A stretch of DNA of 64,000 nucleotides from Desulfatiglandales bacterium (lineage in GTDB: Bacteria; Desulfobacterota; DSM-4660; Desulfatiglandales; Desulfatiglandaceae), in NCBI GenBank assembly GCA_963662465.1, contig OY759599.1, positions 4,224,001 to 4,288,000 of the forward strand, in the 5' to 3' direction. The position numbers were made by a program, and so were the translations under genes. The notes under the pieces were generated by a model. That model saw only the letters and a list, made by a program, of their open reading frames with translations. It was not told the origin of the DNA and searched no databases. Numbering within the stretch: the first letter of the stretch is position 1; each line of letters opens with the position of its first letter. This document shows positions 49,356 through 60,104 of this stretch, piece by piece.

Positions 49356-50240
49356 TTACACTCTTTCAATCCGCTCCCAACCCCATAAACCATAGGGCTT
49401 AAAGAGGAGAAAAACCGCCATGAAAACAAAGGGCACGATTTCCTTTACGCCCCCCGGAAAATACTGATCCAGATAAGTGCCCGAAAAATTTTGTAGCAAA
49501 CCGATCAAAATGCCGCCGACGATAGCCCCGGGGACTGAATTCAGACCGCCCAGCACAACCGCCGGCAACACGAGTAATCCCAGATAACCCACTGAAATAT
49601 TGATGCCGTTGATATTTCCCAGGAGCGCACCGCCAACCCCCGCACTCATAAAAGCAATGGACCAGGCCGCGGCGTACACGAAACGTGCACTGACCCCTAA
49701 TGAGAGGGCTGCCGTCTCATCATCGGCCGTAGCCTGCATGGAAAGGCCCCAACGGGTATATTTGAAAAAGCACATGAAAACGATGAGCAACACAATGGCC
49801 AGGATGAAGGACCAGAGATACACCGGTGAAATCTTGAGAATCCCCAGCGAAATCGGCTTGATATCAAAAACAGGCGGTTCAAAAACCCTGGTGTCCGACC
49901 CCCAGAGATATCCAATAAGCCCCTTCAGGAAAAAAGAAAGGCCCACGGTCACCATGATGACGGCCAAAATCGGCTCACCGATCAGACGGTCCAGAAATAT
50001 CCGTTCGGTCAAAAACCCCAGCACAATCCCCACCAGAAGCGTCAGGAATACCGCCAGAATAAAAGGAACGCCGGCATTGTGAAAGCTATAGGTCACATAG
50101 GCCCCGATCAGGGTTAATTCCCCCATGGCCAGATTCAGAACGCCTGAACATTTGTAGATGAGAACCCATCCCAGGGCCACCAGGGCATAAATCCCCCCTA
50201 CCATAATCCCCGTGGTCAAGCTCATAAAAAACAGCTCCAT
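49356..50240 (-). CDS. Liv-type ABC permease (LivH-like)
   Basis: GGIYALVALG, VLNLAMGE, VLGGLNSVPGA. Confidence 0.9.
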   Translation of the reverse strand: MELFFMSLTTGIMVGGIYALVALGWVLIYKCSGVLNLAMGELTLIGAYVTYSFHNAGVPFILAVFLTLLVGIVLGFLTERIFLDRLIGEPILAVIMVTVGLSFFLKGLIGYLWGSDTRVFEPPVFDIKPISLGILKISPVYLWSFILAIVLLIVFMCFFKYTRWGLSMQATADDETAALSLGVSARFVYAAAWSIAFMSAGVGGALLGNINGINISVGYLGLLVLPAVVLGGLNSVPGAIVGGILIGLLQNFSGTYLDQYFPGGVKEIVPFVFMAVFLLFKPYGLWGWERIERV

Positions 50241-50283
50241 TCGCTCCCTCCTCGCTTATCTGTTTAGCATGCTGATGTTCTTA

Positions 50284-52206
50284 TCAAATATTGATTTTCT
50301 GAACCCGCAAATCGGTTTTAATACGCTGCTCCCGTCCATCCTCGTAAGTAATCGTGGTATCCATGTGAACCACATCCACATCGGAATAAAGCGCATCCAC
50401 AATGTCCTTGTAACGTTCGGTGACAAAAGCGCGGCGAAGTTTCGAGGTTCGGGTCAACTCCTCGTCATCCGCATCAAATACTTTGTACAGGTTCACAAAT
50501 TTATTGATCTTCGCGGGGCCCGGCAGGTCTTTGTTGGCCTCTTCGATCTGCTGCTGAACCAGGTCATAGACTTCCCGCTTTTGAGAAAGTTCAGGGTAAC
50601 TGGTATAGTTGAGTTTGCGATCATCGGCCCATTTTCCCACCACAGCATAGTCAATACACATGACGGCCGTGATAAACTCCTTCTTGTCCCCAATGGCCCA
50701 GGCCTCCTCAATAAAAGGGCTGAACTTCAACCGGGTCTCCAGATACTGGGGAGAAAATGGCCTTCCATCATTCAGGGTCATAACATCCTTGGTTCGGTCA
50801 AATACCACCAGATGGCCGTCTTCATCAATAAAACCCCTGTCCCCGGAATAGAGCCAGCCATCCACCAGGGTTTTCCGAGTGGCCTCATCGTTTTTGTAAT
50901 ACCCTAAAAAAACGGAGGGGCTTTTGGAGAGGATTTCACCCTCTTCGTTGATCTTCACCTCGGTTTCCGGAATGGGCGTCCCGACCGTATCAAATTTGAC
51001 GTCTCCATCCCTGTGGACAATGGAAATGCCGGCAATCTCGGTCTGGCCGTAAATCTGTTTGAGATTGACCCCCAGGGCGTGAAAAAAGCGGAAATGGTCC
51101 GGGCCCATGGCGGCGCCCCCCGTATAACAATGTCGCAGTCTTGAAAGCCCCAAATGATCCTTCAGTTTTTTCTGCATGGCAATGTAAGCCACCCAGTTCA
51201 GCAGCTTCAAACCCAAGGGGATCGGTTTATTCTCAAACTGGAGATTCGCCACTTTATAGCCCATTTTTGTTGCGAATTCATACACTTTTCTTTTAATCCA
51301 GGTGGAATCGATGTATTTGACCTGAACCTGGCGCGTCATGCCTTCGTAGAGTCTGGGCGGTGCGAACATCACATGGGGACCGATTTCTCGAATATTGTCC
51401 TGGGCCGTATCCGGTTCTTCCGGAAAATTTACCGTATATCCCACCTGAAGGCCGCAGGAAATGGACATCATCTGCTCCCCTATCCATGCAAAGGGGAGAT
51501 AGGAAACAAAATCGTCGGTATCATAACAGGGATCGACCGCCATCAAATTATGCCCCATGGTCAACATATTCCAGTGGCTTAACAGGACCCCTTTGGGCAG
51601 GGATGTGGTTCCCGAAGTGTAAAACAGCAGGCAAACATCGTCGCCCGTGCCCTGCGCAACAAGATTCTCAAAGAGATCGGGCTCTTTCCGATCCAGCTCT
51701 CGACCCAGATCCTGAACTTTTTCAAGGCTCATGAGATAATCCTGATGATAGTTTCTCATACCCTTGGGATCATCCCACAATATTTTTTCCATTTTTGGGC
51801 ACTCTTCCCTGATGGAAAGCGCTTTATCCACTTCTTCCTGGCTTTCTCCCACAAAAATTTTGGTATCGGAATGGTCAATGATGTACTTCACTTCGTCCAT
51901 CATGCAGTCCTGGAACAACCACACGGCAACGCCGCCGGCGCAAAGGGCCGCCATCTCCGCCCAAAGACCTTCAGGGCGGTTATCCCCGATCATGGCCACC
52001 TTGTCCCCCGGCTTCAAACCGAGACTGATCATCCCTAATGAAAGATATTTGACATTGTCATAATAATCCTGCCAGGTAAAAGGGATCCAGATGCCGAACT
52101 CCTTTTCCCTCATGGCCACCTTGTTCTTGCCATACTTTCTGCATTGTTTGACAAAAAGCTTGGGAATCGTAAGGTCCTTGGTGATTTCTATTCCAACTTC
52201 AGTCAT
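50284..52206 (-). CDS. Long-chain fatty acid--CoA ligase
   Basis: YTSGTTSLPKG, YGQTE, SGD. Confidence 0.9.
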   Translation of the reverse strand: MTEVGIEITKDLTIPKLFVKQCRKYGKNKVAMREKEFGIWIPFTWQDYYDNVKYLSLGMISLGLKPGDKVAMIGDNRPEGLWAEMAALCAGGVAVWLFQDCMMDEVKYIIDHSDTKIFVGESQEEVDKALSIREECPKMEKILWDDPKGMRNYHQDYLMSLEKVQDLGRELDRKEPDLFENLVAQGTGDDVCLLFYTSGTTSLPKGVLLSHWNMLTMGHNLMAVDPCYDTDDFVSYLPFAWIGEQMMSISCGLQVGYTVNFPEEPDTAQDNIREIGPHVMFAPPRLYEGMTRQVQVKYIDSTWIKRKVYEFATKMGYKVANLQFENKPIPLGLKLLNWVAYIAMQKKLKDHLGLSRLRHCYTGGAAMGPDHFRFFHALGVNLKQIYGQTEIAGISIVHRDGDVKFDTVGTPIPETEVKINEEGEILSKSPSVFLGYYKNDEATRKTLVDGWLYSGDRGFIDEDGHLVVFDRTKDVMTLNDGRPFSPQYLETRLKFSPFIEEAWAIGDKKEFITAVMCIDYAVVGKWADDRKLNYTSYPELSQKREVYDLVQQQIEEANKDLPGPAKINKFVNLYKVFDADDEELTRTSKLRRAFVTERYKDIVDALYSDVDVVHMDTTITYEDGREQRIKTDLRVQKINI

Positions 52207-52214
52207 CGCTTCAT

Positions 52215-53036
52215 CTACCTCCTTGTGGAATACAGATCATCTTCACCCAGGTACGCCTTAATGACAGCGGGATTCTGCTGAACCTCTTCAGGCGTTCCAT
52301 CCGTAATCTGAACCCCGAAATTCAACACATTGACGCGGTTGGAAATATCCATCACCACCCCCATGTCATGCTCCACCAGGATACAGGTCACCCGCCATCG
52401 TTTTTCTTCGTTGATATCCAGAATAAAGCGAGCCATATCTTCCACTTCTTCCAGATTCAATCCCGCCAGCGGTTCATCCAGCAACAACAGTTCGGGATTC
52501 AAGGCCAGGGCCCTTCCCAGTTCAACGCGCTTTTGAAGCCCATAGGGAAGCATGTGCGCGGACTGGTCCCGAATGCTTTGAATCTCGAGGAGATCAATAA
52601 TCTCCTCTTCGATGAACTGCCTGGAAGCCACCTCTTCCCGTTTGGTTTTACCCACATATATGGACCCGCTCACGATGCCGCTCTTAAGGTGGATGTGTCT
52701 TCCCAGACGAATATTATCAAGGACCGTCATCCCCCCAAACAGTTCCAGTTTCTGGAAGGTCCGGGAGAGCCCCCGTTCTGCCCGCTGAAAAGGCCTTAAA
52801 TCATTGACCCGTTCCCCCTTCAGATATATGTTGCCTTTCTGGGGTTTGTACAGGCCATTGATACAGTTCATCATGACCGTCTTGCCGGCGCCGTTTGGAC
52901 CGATAATCGAATGAATCTCCCCCTTTTTCACTTCCAGATTCACACCGGCCAGCGCAGCCACTTTACCGAAAGACATATGAACGTCTTCAAGTTTCAAGAT
53001 GGTGTCGCCCTCTTTGATTTGCCCCCCCTGAACCAT
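52215..53036 (-). CDS. Liv-type ABC transporter ATP-binding protein (LivG-like)
   Basis: GPNGAGKT, LPYGLQKRVELGRAL, VIKAYLG. Confidence 0.9.
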   Translation of the reverse strand: MVQGGQIKEGDTILKLEDVHMSFGKVAALAGVNLEVKKGEIHSIIGPNGAGKTVMMNCINGLYKPQKGNIYLKGERVNDLRPFQRAERGLSRTFQKLELFGGMTVLDNIRLGRHIHLKSGIVSGSIYVGKTKREEVASRQFIEEEIIDLLEIQSIRDQSAHMLPYGLQKRVELGRALALNPELLLLDEPLAGLNLEEVEDMARFILDINEEKRWRVTCILVEHDMGVVMDISNRVNVLNFGVQITDGTPEEVQQNPAVIKAYLGEDDLYSTRR

Positions 53037-53569
53037 AATAACAGGCCTCCATTTGGTGAAATGATAGGGTATTACTTCTTTGCTGCTTTTTTTCTTTGAA
53101 TACTAAATATCGGGTCGGCAGTTCTCAAATACAGGCAAACCGCAACCCTGAATGGATTGGACCATGAAAAAGGCACATTCACCCCTAATTTTAAACCCAA
53201 CACAACGGACAAGCTTCCCCAACCCGGTCATCTCCCCAAAACTGACGAGATCACGAATACAGTCCTAACCTGCACAAAAAAGTATTTCCGTCGGCAAACT
53301 TTCGGTCTATCGAATTTCTGACTATGGGCGATTTATCTCATGCCAAAGTGCAGCAGGCAGAGTTTGAATGATGTTGCAAAGATTTCGAAGCATAAAATTT
53401 CGTACAGCAGAGTTCTGAGTTTCTAACCCAATTCTCATTATTTTCAGTGAAAATATTATGTTCATAGTGCGAATTTATTTGACAGGAATTTTGAAATTTA
53501 AAGGGTCAGTACCCCAAATGTGGATACAGCATTACTCTCTTGTTAACCGTTTGTCAACCCGTTTTCAGA

Positions 53570-53606
53570 GAAAATTCGGGGGATACTTGAGGGACCCCCG
53601 AATTTC
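53570..53606. terminator. Hairpin downstream of the dGTPase-like gene
   Basis: AAATTCGGGGG...CCCCCGAATTT inverted repeat. Confidence 0.6.
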
Positions 53607-53641
53607 TCAAGCACACGTTGCCCCATAAAGAACAACCCTCA

Positions 53642-54811
53642 CTAAAAGAGTGTGTTTTTTGTTTTTGGGATCAGGTGCTTATAGCATTGATCCATAAAAA
53701 ACTCATCGGTCATACCGGCGATAAAATCCCTGACCATGCCCGCCGCCGGCGTTTTAACGCGATAGTCAGCAGACATTTTTTCCAAGAATTCCTCATAAAT
53801 AAAAGAATCCTGTCCGTTTTTTTCAAGGTCCCCGTAAAGTTTTTCAAACAAAAGCGAAAACATGAGTTGAACCTTGGACGTCTGCTGCTTGACCTGAGCA
53901 TTTTTGTAAATGCGTTCCCTGTTAAACATTTTCAATTCCTTCAAAGCATCTCCCACACGGACGCTAAAGCTTAAACCTGGCTGATCCAGGCTGTTGGCAA
54001 CAAGATCCTCGACAAGATTGTAAACAATGGTGCCGTTGCTGTTTCCCAGCACGGACCGGCAACCCTCGGGAATATCCTGCCGTTGAATTAACCCTAGTCG
54101 AATGGCGTCCTCAATGTCCCTGCCGATGTAACTGATGGTGTCGGCCATCCTGACCACACAACCTTCGAGGGTCATGGGGAAAACGTCAAGGGATGGGTTT
54201 TTCGCCTTTTTTTCCATTTGCCGCGTAAAAATGCCAAAGTCTTTCTCTTTTTCGGGCTTCAGAAACCGGGAATGTAGTTCACCGTCGTGGCAAAAAATGC
54301 CATCAAGGACCTGCAGGGAAAGATTGCAACCCTTCCCTTTCTTCTCGATATCCTCCAGAAATCTTACGCTTTGGATGTTGTGGAGAAAGGGACCCACGCC
54401 ATGAGCCTCGCAGAGTTCGGAAAGGAAGCGTTCCCCATCATGGCCAAAGGGCGTATGGCCGATGTCGTGACCCAGCGCGATGGCCTCCGTCAAATCTTCA
54501 TTAAGCCGGAGGAGCCGGGAAACCGTTCTGGCGATCTTGCTGACCAGTTGTACGTGCAACACACGATGGGTAATGTGATCATTTTTGATGAGATAAAAAA
54601 CCTGGGTCTTATCAATATATCTGGAATAGGCCAGGGAATGAAGGATTCGGTCCGTATCGAGTGAAAAGTTCTGCCGGTGCCCCCGCGAAATCCGCTCTTC
54701 ATTTTTCCTTCTCACGGCATCGCTGCTGAAACAGGCCCAGGGAGAAAGAATTTCCCGCTCTTTTTCATCCAGCCTCCGCCTGAGATCTAAAAGCCGCTGT
54801 TCGTACGTCAC
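53642..54811 (-). CDS. dGTP triphosphohydrolase-like HD protein
   Basis: DRILHS, KTQVF, GHDIGHTPFGHDGE, DFIAGMTD. Confidence 0.88.
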   Translation of the reverse strand: MTYEQRLLDLRRRLDEKEREILSPWACFSSDAVRRKNEERISRGHRQNFSLDTDRILHSLAYSRYIDKTQVFYLIKNDHITHRVLHVQLVSKIARTVSRLLRLNEDLTEAIALGHDIGHTPFGHDGERFLSELCEAHGVGPFLHNIQSVRFLEDIEKKGKGCNLSLQVLDGIFCHDGELHSRFLKPEKEKDFGIFTRQMEKKAKNPSLDVFPMTLEGCVVRMADTISYIGRDIEDAIRLGLIQRQDIPEGCRSVLGNSNGTIVYNLVEDLVANSLDQPGLSFSVRVGDALKELKMFNRERIYKNAQVKQQTSKVQLMFSLLFEKLYGDLEKNGQDSFIYEEFLEKMSADYRVKTPAAGMVRDFIAGMTDEFFMDQCYKHLIPKTKNTLF

Positions 54812-55057
54812 GCCTCAAAGCCCTCCATTTTTCGGTTTTCAATCCTGAATATTCCAGTCGATAAAACTTTTTTCTTGCAAAAAACAAATACCGATAGTAT
54901 TAATCTTAGTTCATTAAATTCAGGGACCCACGTGCAGTGGGTCATAAAACAGACGCTCATCCGCGCCAGGCGAAAAAAATTGAGTAGGGCGCTATGAGTT
55001 GCTGCGGATCATACCAAGACGGTAACATTAGCTCAAGGGCATATTTTATGTCCTTCA

Positions 55058-55185
55058 AAACACAGGCTCGGATTATTGCCAGGTGCCCTTTAAAATCGCG
55101 GTAATGCTTGCAGTACGAGTAACCCAGGCGAAAGCAGGTGCAAAATATTCCGGGCCGAGGGAAAACCGGCATAGAGATCAAAACG
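55058..55185 (+). promoter_or_regulatory. rpsB leader (t44/S2-autoregulatory-type element)
   Basis: ACACAGGCTCGG...TTGCCAGGTGCCC...GGGCCGAGGGAAAACCGG...GAGAT directly upstream of rpsB, like known rpsB leaders. Confidence 0.55.
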
Positions 55186-55207
55186 AGATCTCGAAAAGGA
55201 GAGAAAA

Positions 55208-56065
55208 ATGTCAGCCATCAACATGAAACAGCTTCTGGAAGCAGGGGTCCATTTCGGACATCAAACAAGGCGTTGGAACCCCAAAATGAAACCCTATATA
55301 TTTGGGGCGCGAAATGGAATTCACATCATTGATCTTCAAAAAACCGTCAGGCTCTTTAATACCGCCTACGATTTTATCATAAAAACGGTTGCCGACGGCT
55401 ATCCGGTGCTGTTTGTGGGAACCAAGAAACAGGGACATGACGCCGTCATTGAGGAAAGCGAACGGTGCGGTATGTTTTTCATGGTTAACCGCTGGCTGGG
55501 CGGCACGCTGACCAATTTCCAGACCATCAAAAAGAGCATCACCCGGTTGAAAGATCTTGAAAGGATGAAAGAAGACGGGTCCATCAACCGATATACCAAA
55601 AAAGAAATCCTTAAAATGGAAAAGGAACTTTCCAAGCTTGAAAAAAACCTTGGGGGCATCAAAAATATGGACGAGATTCCCGGGGCCGTTTTTGTCGTTG
55701 ACCCCAAAAGGGAAAAAATTGCCGTCAAAGAAGCCAGGAAGCTCGGCATACCCGTGGTTGCCATTGCCGATTCCAATTGTGATCCGGACGATATTGATCT
55801 GATCATCCCGGGAAATGACGACGCCATTCGCGCCATCCGACTCATCACCTCTAAAATTGCCGATGCTTGCATAGAGGGCCATGCCATTGCCGAACAGCGG
55901 CTAAAAGCCAAGGACCAGCTGAAAAAAGAGCAGGAGACGGTGGCCGTTGAAGAAAAGGCTGAAGCTTCAGCAGGTGAAGATGGCGGTCCTGAAGTTATTA
56001 TCCTTCCAAAAACAGACGCGGCTTCCGTAAATTTAAATGAGTCGGCAGCCCCTGAAAACAAGTAG
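55208..56065 (+). CDS. rpsB: 30S ribosomal protein S2
   Basis: [29 protein letters not shown]. Confidence 0.98.
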   Translation: MSAINMKQLLEAGVHFGHQTRRWNPKMKPYIFGARNGIHIIDLQKTVRLFNTAYDFIIKTVADGYPVLFVGTKKQGHDAVIEESERCGMFFMVNRWLGGTLTNFQTIKKSITRLKDLERMKEDGSINRYTKKEILKMEKELSKLEKNLGGIKNMDEIPGAVFVVDPKREKIAVKEARKLGIPVVAIADSNCDPDDIDLIIPGNDDAIRAIRLITSKIADACIEGHAIAEQRLKAKDQLKKEQETVAVEEKAEASAGEDGGPEVIILPKTDAASVNLNESAAPENK

Positions 56066-56096
56066 ATTAAATAAAAATAAGCAAGGGAGATAAAAA

Positions 56097-56690
56097 TTGG
56101 CGATATCCGCTACATTAATTAAAGAGTTAAGAGAAAAGACAGGCGTGGGGATTATGGACTGCAAGGCCTCCCTGATTGAATGCGACGGCGATCTTGAAAA
56201 AGCGGTGGATCACCTGAGAAAAAAAGGCATCGCAACGGCTAAGAAGCGTGGCGGACGCGAAACAAGTCAGGGTCAGGTTCAGTCCTATATCCATTCCGGC
56301 GGCAAAATCGGCGTCCTGGTGGAAGCCAACTGCGAAACGGATTTCACGGGGAAGACGGATGATTTCACGTCTTTTGTGAAGGATGTTGCCATGCAGATTG
56401 CAGCAACAAACCCCATTGCCATCGGTCGTGAAAGCGTGCCCGAGGATGTCCTGGAAAAAGAGAAGGAAATTTATACCTCCCAGGCCAAAGATTCAGGCAA
56501 ACCGGAAAAAGTCATTGAAAAAATCGTCGAGGGAAAATTGAAGAAATTTTTCTCGGAAGCGTGTCTCCTGGAACAGACCTTTGTCAAGAATTCTGACATT
56601 ACCATCCAGGATCTGGTAAATGAACTCATTGCGAAGACCGGCGAAAACGTTGTTATCAAGCGGTTTTCGAGATTCCAGTTGGGAGATTGA
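56097..56690 (+). CDS. tsf: Elongation factor Ts (short form)
   Basis: IKELREKTGVGIMDCK, NCETDF; TTG start. Confidence 0.96.
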   Translation: MAISATLIKELREKTGVGIMDCKASLIECDGDLEKAVDHLRKKGIATAKKRGGRETSQGQVQSYIHSGGKIGVLVEANCETDFTGKTDDFTSFVKDVAMQIAATNPIAIGRESVPEDVLEKEKEIYTSQAKDSGKPEKVIEKIVEGKLKKFFSEACLLEQTFVKNSDITIQDLVNELIAKTGENVVIKRFSRFQLGD

Positions 56691-56715
56691 GATAACAACT
56701 GACGGGAGAAGCGTC

Positions 56716-57273
56716 ATGAAAGAAGAGATCCTTTCCGAACTCCGCCAAAAGATGAACAAGGCCGTCGATGCCCTAAAAAAAGACTTCCGCAAAATCAGAA
56801 CCGGAAGGGCTTCCACGGCCTTGCTTGACGGCATCAAAGTCGAGTGCTATGGCACGGCAATGCCCCTTGACCAGGTTGCCACCATATCCGCTCCTGAAAG
56901 CCGCCTACTCACCATCCAGCCCTGGGATCAAACAATCATGGGGAGCGTTGAGAAAAGCATCCTGAAATCCGAATTGGGGCTCACGCCCATGAATGACGGA
57001 AAAATTATTCGAATATCCATCCCCCCCCTGACCGAGGAAAGGCGAAAAGAACTGGCAAAACTGGCCAGGAAAATGGCGGAAGACAACAAAATTTCAGTCC
57101 GGAATCTCAGGCGGGAAGCCAATGACATGTTCAAGGAGATGAAGGCTGAAAAAGAGATATCCGAAGACGAACTTTATCGGTCCCAGGACGACGTTCAGAA
57201 AATAACCGATGAATTTATCAAAAAAGTGGATGAAACAACCACTCAAAAAGAGCAGGAGATCATTGAATTCTGA
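56716..57273 (+). CDS. frr: Ribosome recycling factor
   Basis: IRTGRAS, IPPLTEERRKEL. Confidence 0.97.
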   Translation: MKEEILSELRQKMNKAVDALKKDFRKIRTGRASTALLDGIKVECYGTAMPLDQVATISAPESRLLTIQPWDQTIMGSVEKSILKSELGLTPMNDGKIIRISIPPLTEERRKELAKLARKMAEDNKISVRNLRREANDMFKEMKAEKEISEDELYRSQDDVQKITDEFIKKVDETTTQKEQEIIEF

Positions 57274-57276
57274 TAC

Positions 57277-58005
57277 ATGACATCAAAGCCAAATAAAGAA
57301 GGCCTGCCCAGGCATGTGGCCATCATCATGGATGGAAACGGGCGGTGGGCCGAGAATAAAACACTTCACCGTGTTCGGGGACATCAGAAGGGAGCGGAAT
57401 CCGTCAGGAAAATTGTCACCCTGAGCCGGGAACTGGGCATCCAATGGCTGACCCTTTATGCTTTTTCAGAGGAAAATTGGAAAAGACCCACTCATGAAGT
57501 CACTGCCCTCATGAAACTGCTGAAGCGTTTCCTGAAAGGCGAGCTGAAAGAAATGCAAGAAAATGGCATTCGACTGAATGCCATCGGCAGTATCGAAAAA
57601 CTGCCGGTCGACGTCAGAGAAGTCCTCCAGGAAACCATCCGCCAAACATCACGCAATACCAATATGGTTTTAACCCTGGCACTCAGTTATGGGGGACGTC
57701 AGGAAATTTTAAATGCCGTTCGGGACATTGTCCATAAAGTGCAGGCGGGCGAAATAAAGACCGCCGACATCACCGAAGCGCGTTTCTCAAATTCACTTTA
57801 TACGCGGGGAATGCCGGACCCGGATCTGCTCATCAGGACCAGCGGGGAATATCGGATCAGCAATTTCCTGCTCTGGCAGATTTCCTATAGTGAACTGTAC
57901 ATTACACCGACCCTCTGGCCCGATTTCGGGGAACAGGAATTTCTGATGGCATTGGCGGAATACCGGGGTAGGAACAGAAGATTTGGCGCAATCGGTGCGA
58001 GATAA
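57277..58005 (+). CDS. uppS: Undecaprenyl diphosphate synthase
   Basis: HVAIIMDGNGRWA, IRTSGEYRISNFLLWQ. Confidence 0.97.
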   Translation: MTSKPNKEGLPRHVAIIMDGNGRWAENKTLHRVRGHQKGAESVRKIVTLSRELGIQWLTLYAFSEENWKRPTHEVTALMKLLKRFLKGELKEMQENGIRLNAIGSIEKLPVDVREVLQETIRQTSRNTNMVLTLALSYGGRQEILNAVRDIVHKVQAGEIKTADITEARFSNSLYTRGMPDPDLLIRTSGEYRISNFLLWQISYSELYITPTLWPDFGEQEFLMALAEYRGRNRRFGAIGAR

Positions 58006-58032
58006 CCGGGATCACTGGAGTTTGAGTTAATA

Positions 58033-58830
58033 ATGCACCTGAAACGATGGCTTACCGGCATCATTGCTGTGCCGGTTCTGATTTTCCTTATCGGTTTTGG
58101 ACCCAGATGGCTGTTTTACGCCGTGCTTTGTCTTGCGGGACTTATGGGGCTTTGGGAATACTATGGTATCGCCGGCATCCGTCTTCCCGCAACGATCAAA
58201 TGGGCCGGCAGTGTACTGGTGGTGCTGCTCTTTGCCGTCGTTTACATGAGACAGGCATTACTTTTACCCGGCATTATTGTCTTATGGGCATTTTTCCCCA
58301 TGGCCCTGGAAGTGTTCACCTATTCTTCCACTCATGAAAGCAAACCGGAAATGGTCAGCATGGCGGCGTTACTGGGGCCGGTGTACACCGCCCTGCCCCT
58401 TGCGATGCTGGTGTTTATTGACATGCGCCCTCAGGGTCATCTGTGGATCTTTTTTCTGCTGACCGTGGTTTTTGCCTGCGACACCGGCGCCTTCTATTTC
58501 GGCAGGACATTCGGGAAACACAAGCTCCATAAGCGCGTAAGCCCCGGAAAAACCTGGGAAGGCGCCGGGGGCGGCTTATTCAGCAGTCTGATGGCCGCCA
58601 TGCTGTTTCTTAAATTCATTGACCTTCATCCGTTCAATCTTTCACTGGTTCTGCTGGTCGTTCTACTCTCTACCGTCAGTCAGATCGGCGACCTGGCCGA
58701 ATCCCTATTGAAACGAAAACAGGGCGTTAAAGACTCGGGGGACATCCTTCCCGGACATGGCGGGATACTGGATCGCATCGATGGACTTCTATTTGCGATT
58801 CCGATCCTTTTTTTCTATCTGAATGTATAA
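58033..58830 (+). CDS. cdsA: Phosphatidate cytidylyltransferase
   Basis: SPGKTWEG, KDSGDILPGHGGILDRID. Confidence 0.95.
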   Translation: MHLKRWLTGIIAVPVLIFLIGFGPRWLFYAVLCLAGLMGLWEYYGIAGIRLPATIKWAGSVLVVLLFAVVYMRQALLLPGIIVLWAFFPMALEVFTYSSTHESKPEMVSMAALLGPVYTALPLAMLVFIDMRPQGHLWIFFLLTVVFACDTGAFYFGRTFGKHKLHKRVSPGKTWEGAGGGLFSSLMAAMLFLKFIDLHPFNLSLVLLVVLLSTVSQIGDLAESLLKRKQGVKDSGDILPGHGGILDRIDGLLFAIPILFFYLNV

Positions 58831-58875
58831 TAAAGGTTCACTGTTGAACAACCGGAAGCCAAGGGGAAAATCATA

Positions 58876-60039
58876 ATGAAAAATCTAAGCATATTGGGTT
58901 CAACGGGGTCCATCGGTGTAAACGCGCTTAAGGTAGCCTCTGCCCACCCGGACAAATATCATGTTATCGCCCTTTCAGCCGGCAAAAACATTGACCTTCT
59001 GCTCAAACAGATAGAGAGGTTCAAACCGAAAGCCGTTGCCGTTTTAAATGAGTCCCTCGCCATGGATCTCAAAAGAAAACTGACCGGCAGTTCTTTACCC
59101 GAAATACTTTACGGACCCGAGGGATTCAAATATGTGGCAACCCTTGGTCCGGTGGATACCGTCATTTCCGCCATAACCGGCGCAGCGGGTCTCATACCCA
59201 CCTATGAAGGCATCAAGGCAGGGAAAAACATTGCCTTGGCCAATAAGGAAACCATGGTCATGGCAGGCCCTCTGGTCCTTGCCGAAGCGAAAAGACAGTG
59301 CGTTTCCATTTTACCCGTCGACAGTGAACACAGCGCCATATTTCAATCCCTTCAGGGCCATGAAAAGGAAGATCTTAATCGCGTCATCCTCACTGCCTCA
59401 GGCGGCCCCTTCAGAAACCTGTCCCTGAAAGAAATGGCCCACGTGACCGTTTCGCAGGCACTGAAACATCCCAATTGGGAAATGGGCTCGAAAATCACCA
59501 TTGATTCGGCCACCATGATGAACAAAGGTCTTGAAATTATCGAAGCAAAATGGTTGTTCGATCTGCAAATGGAACAAATCGACGTTCTCATTCACCCCCA
59601 GAGCATCATTCATTCCATGGTTGAATACAAGGACGGTTCCATCATCAGTCAAATGGGCATCCCGAGCATGATGATTCCTATTGCCTATGCCCTTAGCTAT
59701 CCCAGGCACATTAAAACCGGCCTCCCCCCCCTCGAACTGGAAAAAGCAGGTCCCCTCAGTTTTCAAAAACCGGACCTTCTTCGATTCAAATGCCTGGCGC
59801 TGGCGCTCAAAGCCGCGGCAGCCGGAGGGAGCATGCCCGCCGTATTAAACGGCGCCAATGAAATCGCCGTGGATGCCTTTTTAAAAGAAAAAATCGGATT
59901 CCTGGATATCCCGGAACTGATCGCGCAAACCATGGAAGCCCATCAACCGTATCCCATTGACCGAATTGAGTCGGTCATGGATGCCGACAGGTGGGCCCGT
60001 GAAAAGACGATCGCCAATCTTGTTGACAAAGAAACTTAA
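58876..60039 (+). CDS. dxr: 1-deoxy-D-xylulose 5-phosphate reductoisomerase
   Basis: LGSTGSIG, LANKE, PVDSEHSA, NKGLEIIEA. Confidence 0.97.
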   Translation: MKNLSILGSTGSIGVNALKVASAHPDKYHVIALSAGKNIDLLLKQIERFKPKAVAVLNESLAMDLKRKLTGSSLPEILYGPEGFKYVATLGPVDTVISAITGAAGLIPTYEGIKAGKNIALANKETMVMAGPLVLAEAKRQCVSILPVDSEHSAIFQSLQGHEKEDLNRVILTASGGPFRNLSLKEMAHVTVSQALKHPNWEMGSKITIDSATMMNKGLEIIEAKWLFDLQMEQIDVLIHPQSIIHSMVEYKDGSIISQMGIPSMMIPIAYALSYPRHIKTGLPPLELEKAGPLSFQKPDLLRFKCLALALKAAAAGGSMPAVLNGANEIAVDAFLKEKIGFLDIPELIAQTMEAHQPYPIDRIESVMDADRWAREKTIANLVDKET

Positions 60040-60063
60040 AACCTAAAACTTAAAACTTAAAAC
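60035..60063. repeat. Heptamer tandem repeat x4
   Basis: CTTAAAA CCTAAAA CTTAAAA CTTAAAA; reverse complement of the 34954 unit. Confidence 0.8.
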
Positions 60064-60104
60064 CGTGCCTGAACGAGGTTTTCATTCAGACACCAGGTAA
60101 CCCC

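Noticed and set aside
53642..54811. dGTPase as a defence gene
   Set aside because: Host-like composition and position next to rpsB suggest the housekeeping form.
56097..56690. EF-Ts looks truncated at 197 aa
   Set aside because: Short EF-Ts forms are established in several bacterial lineages and the motifs are intact.
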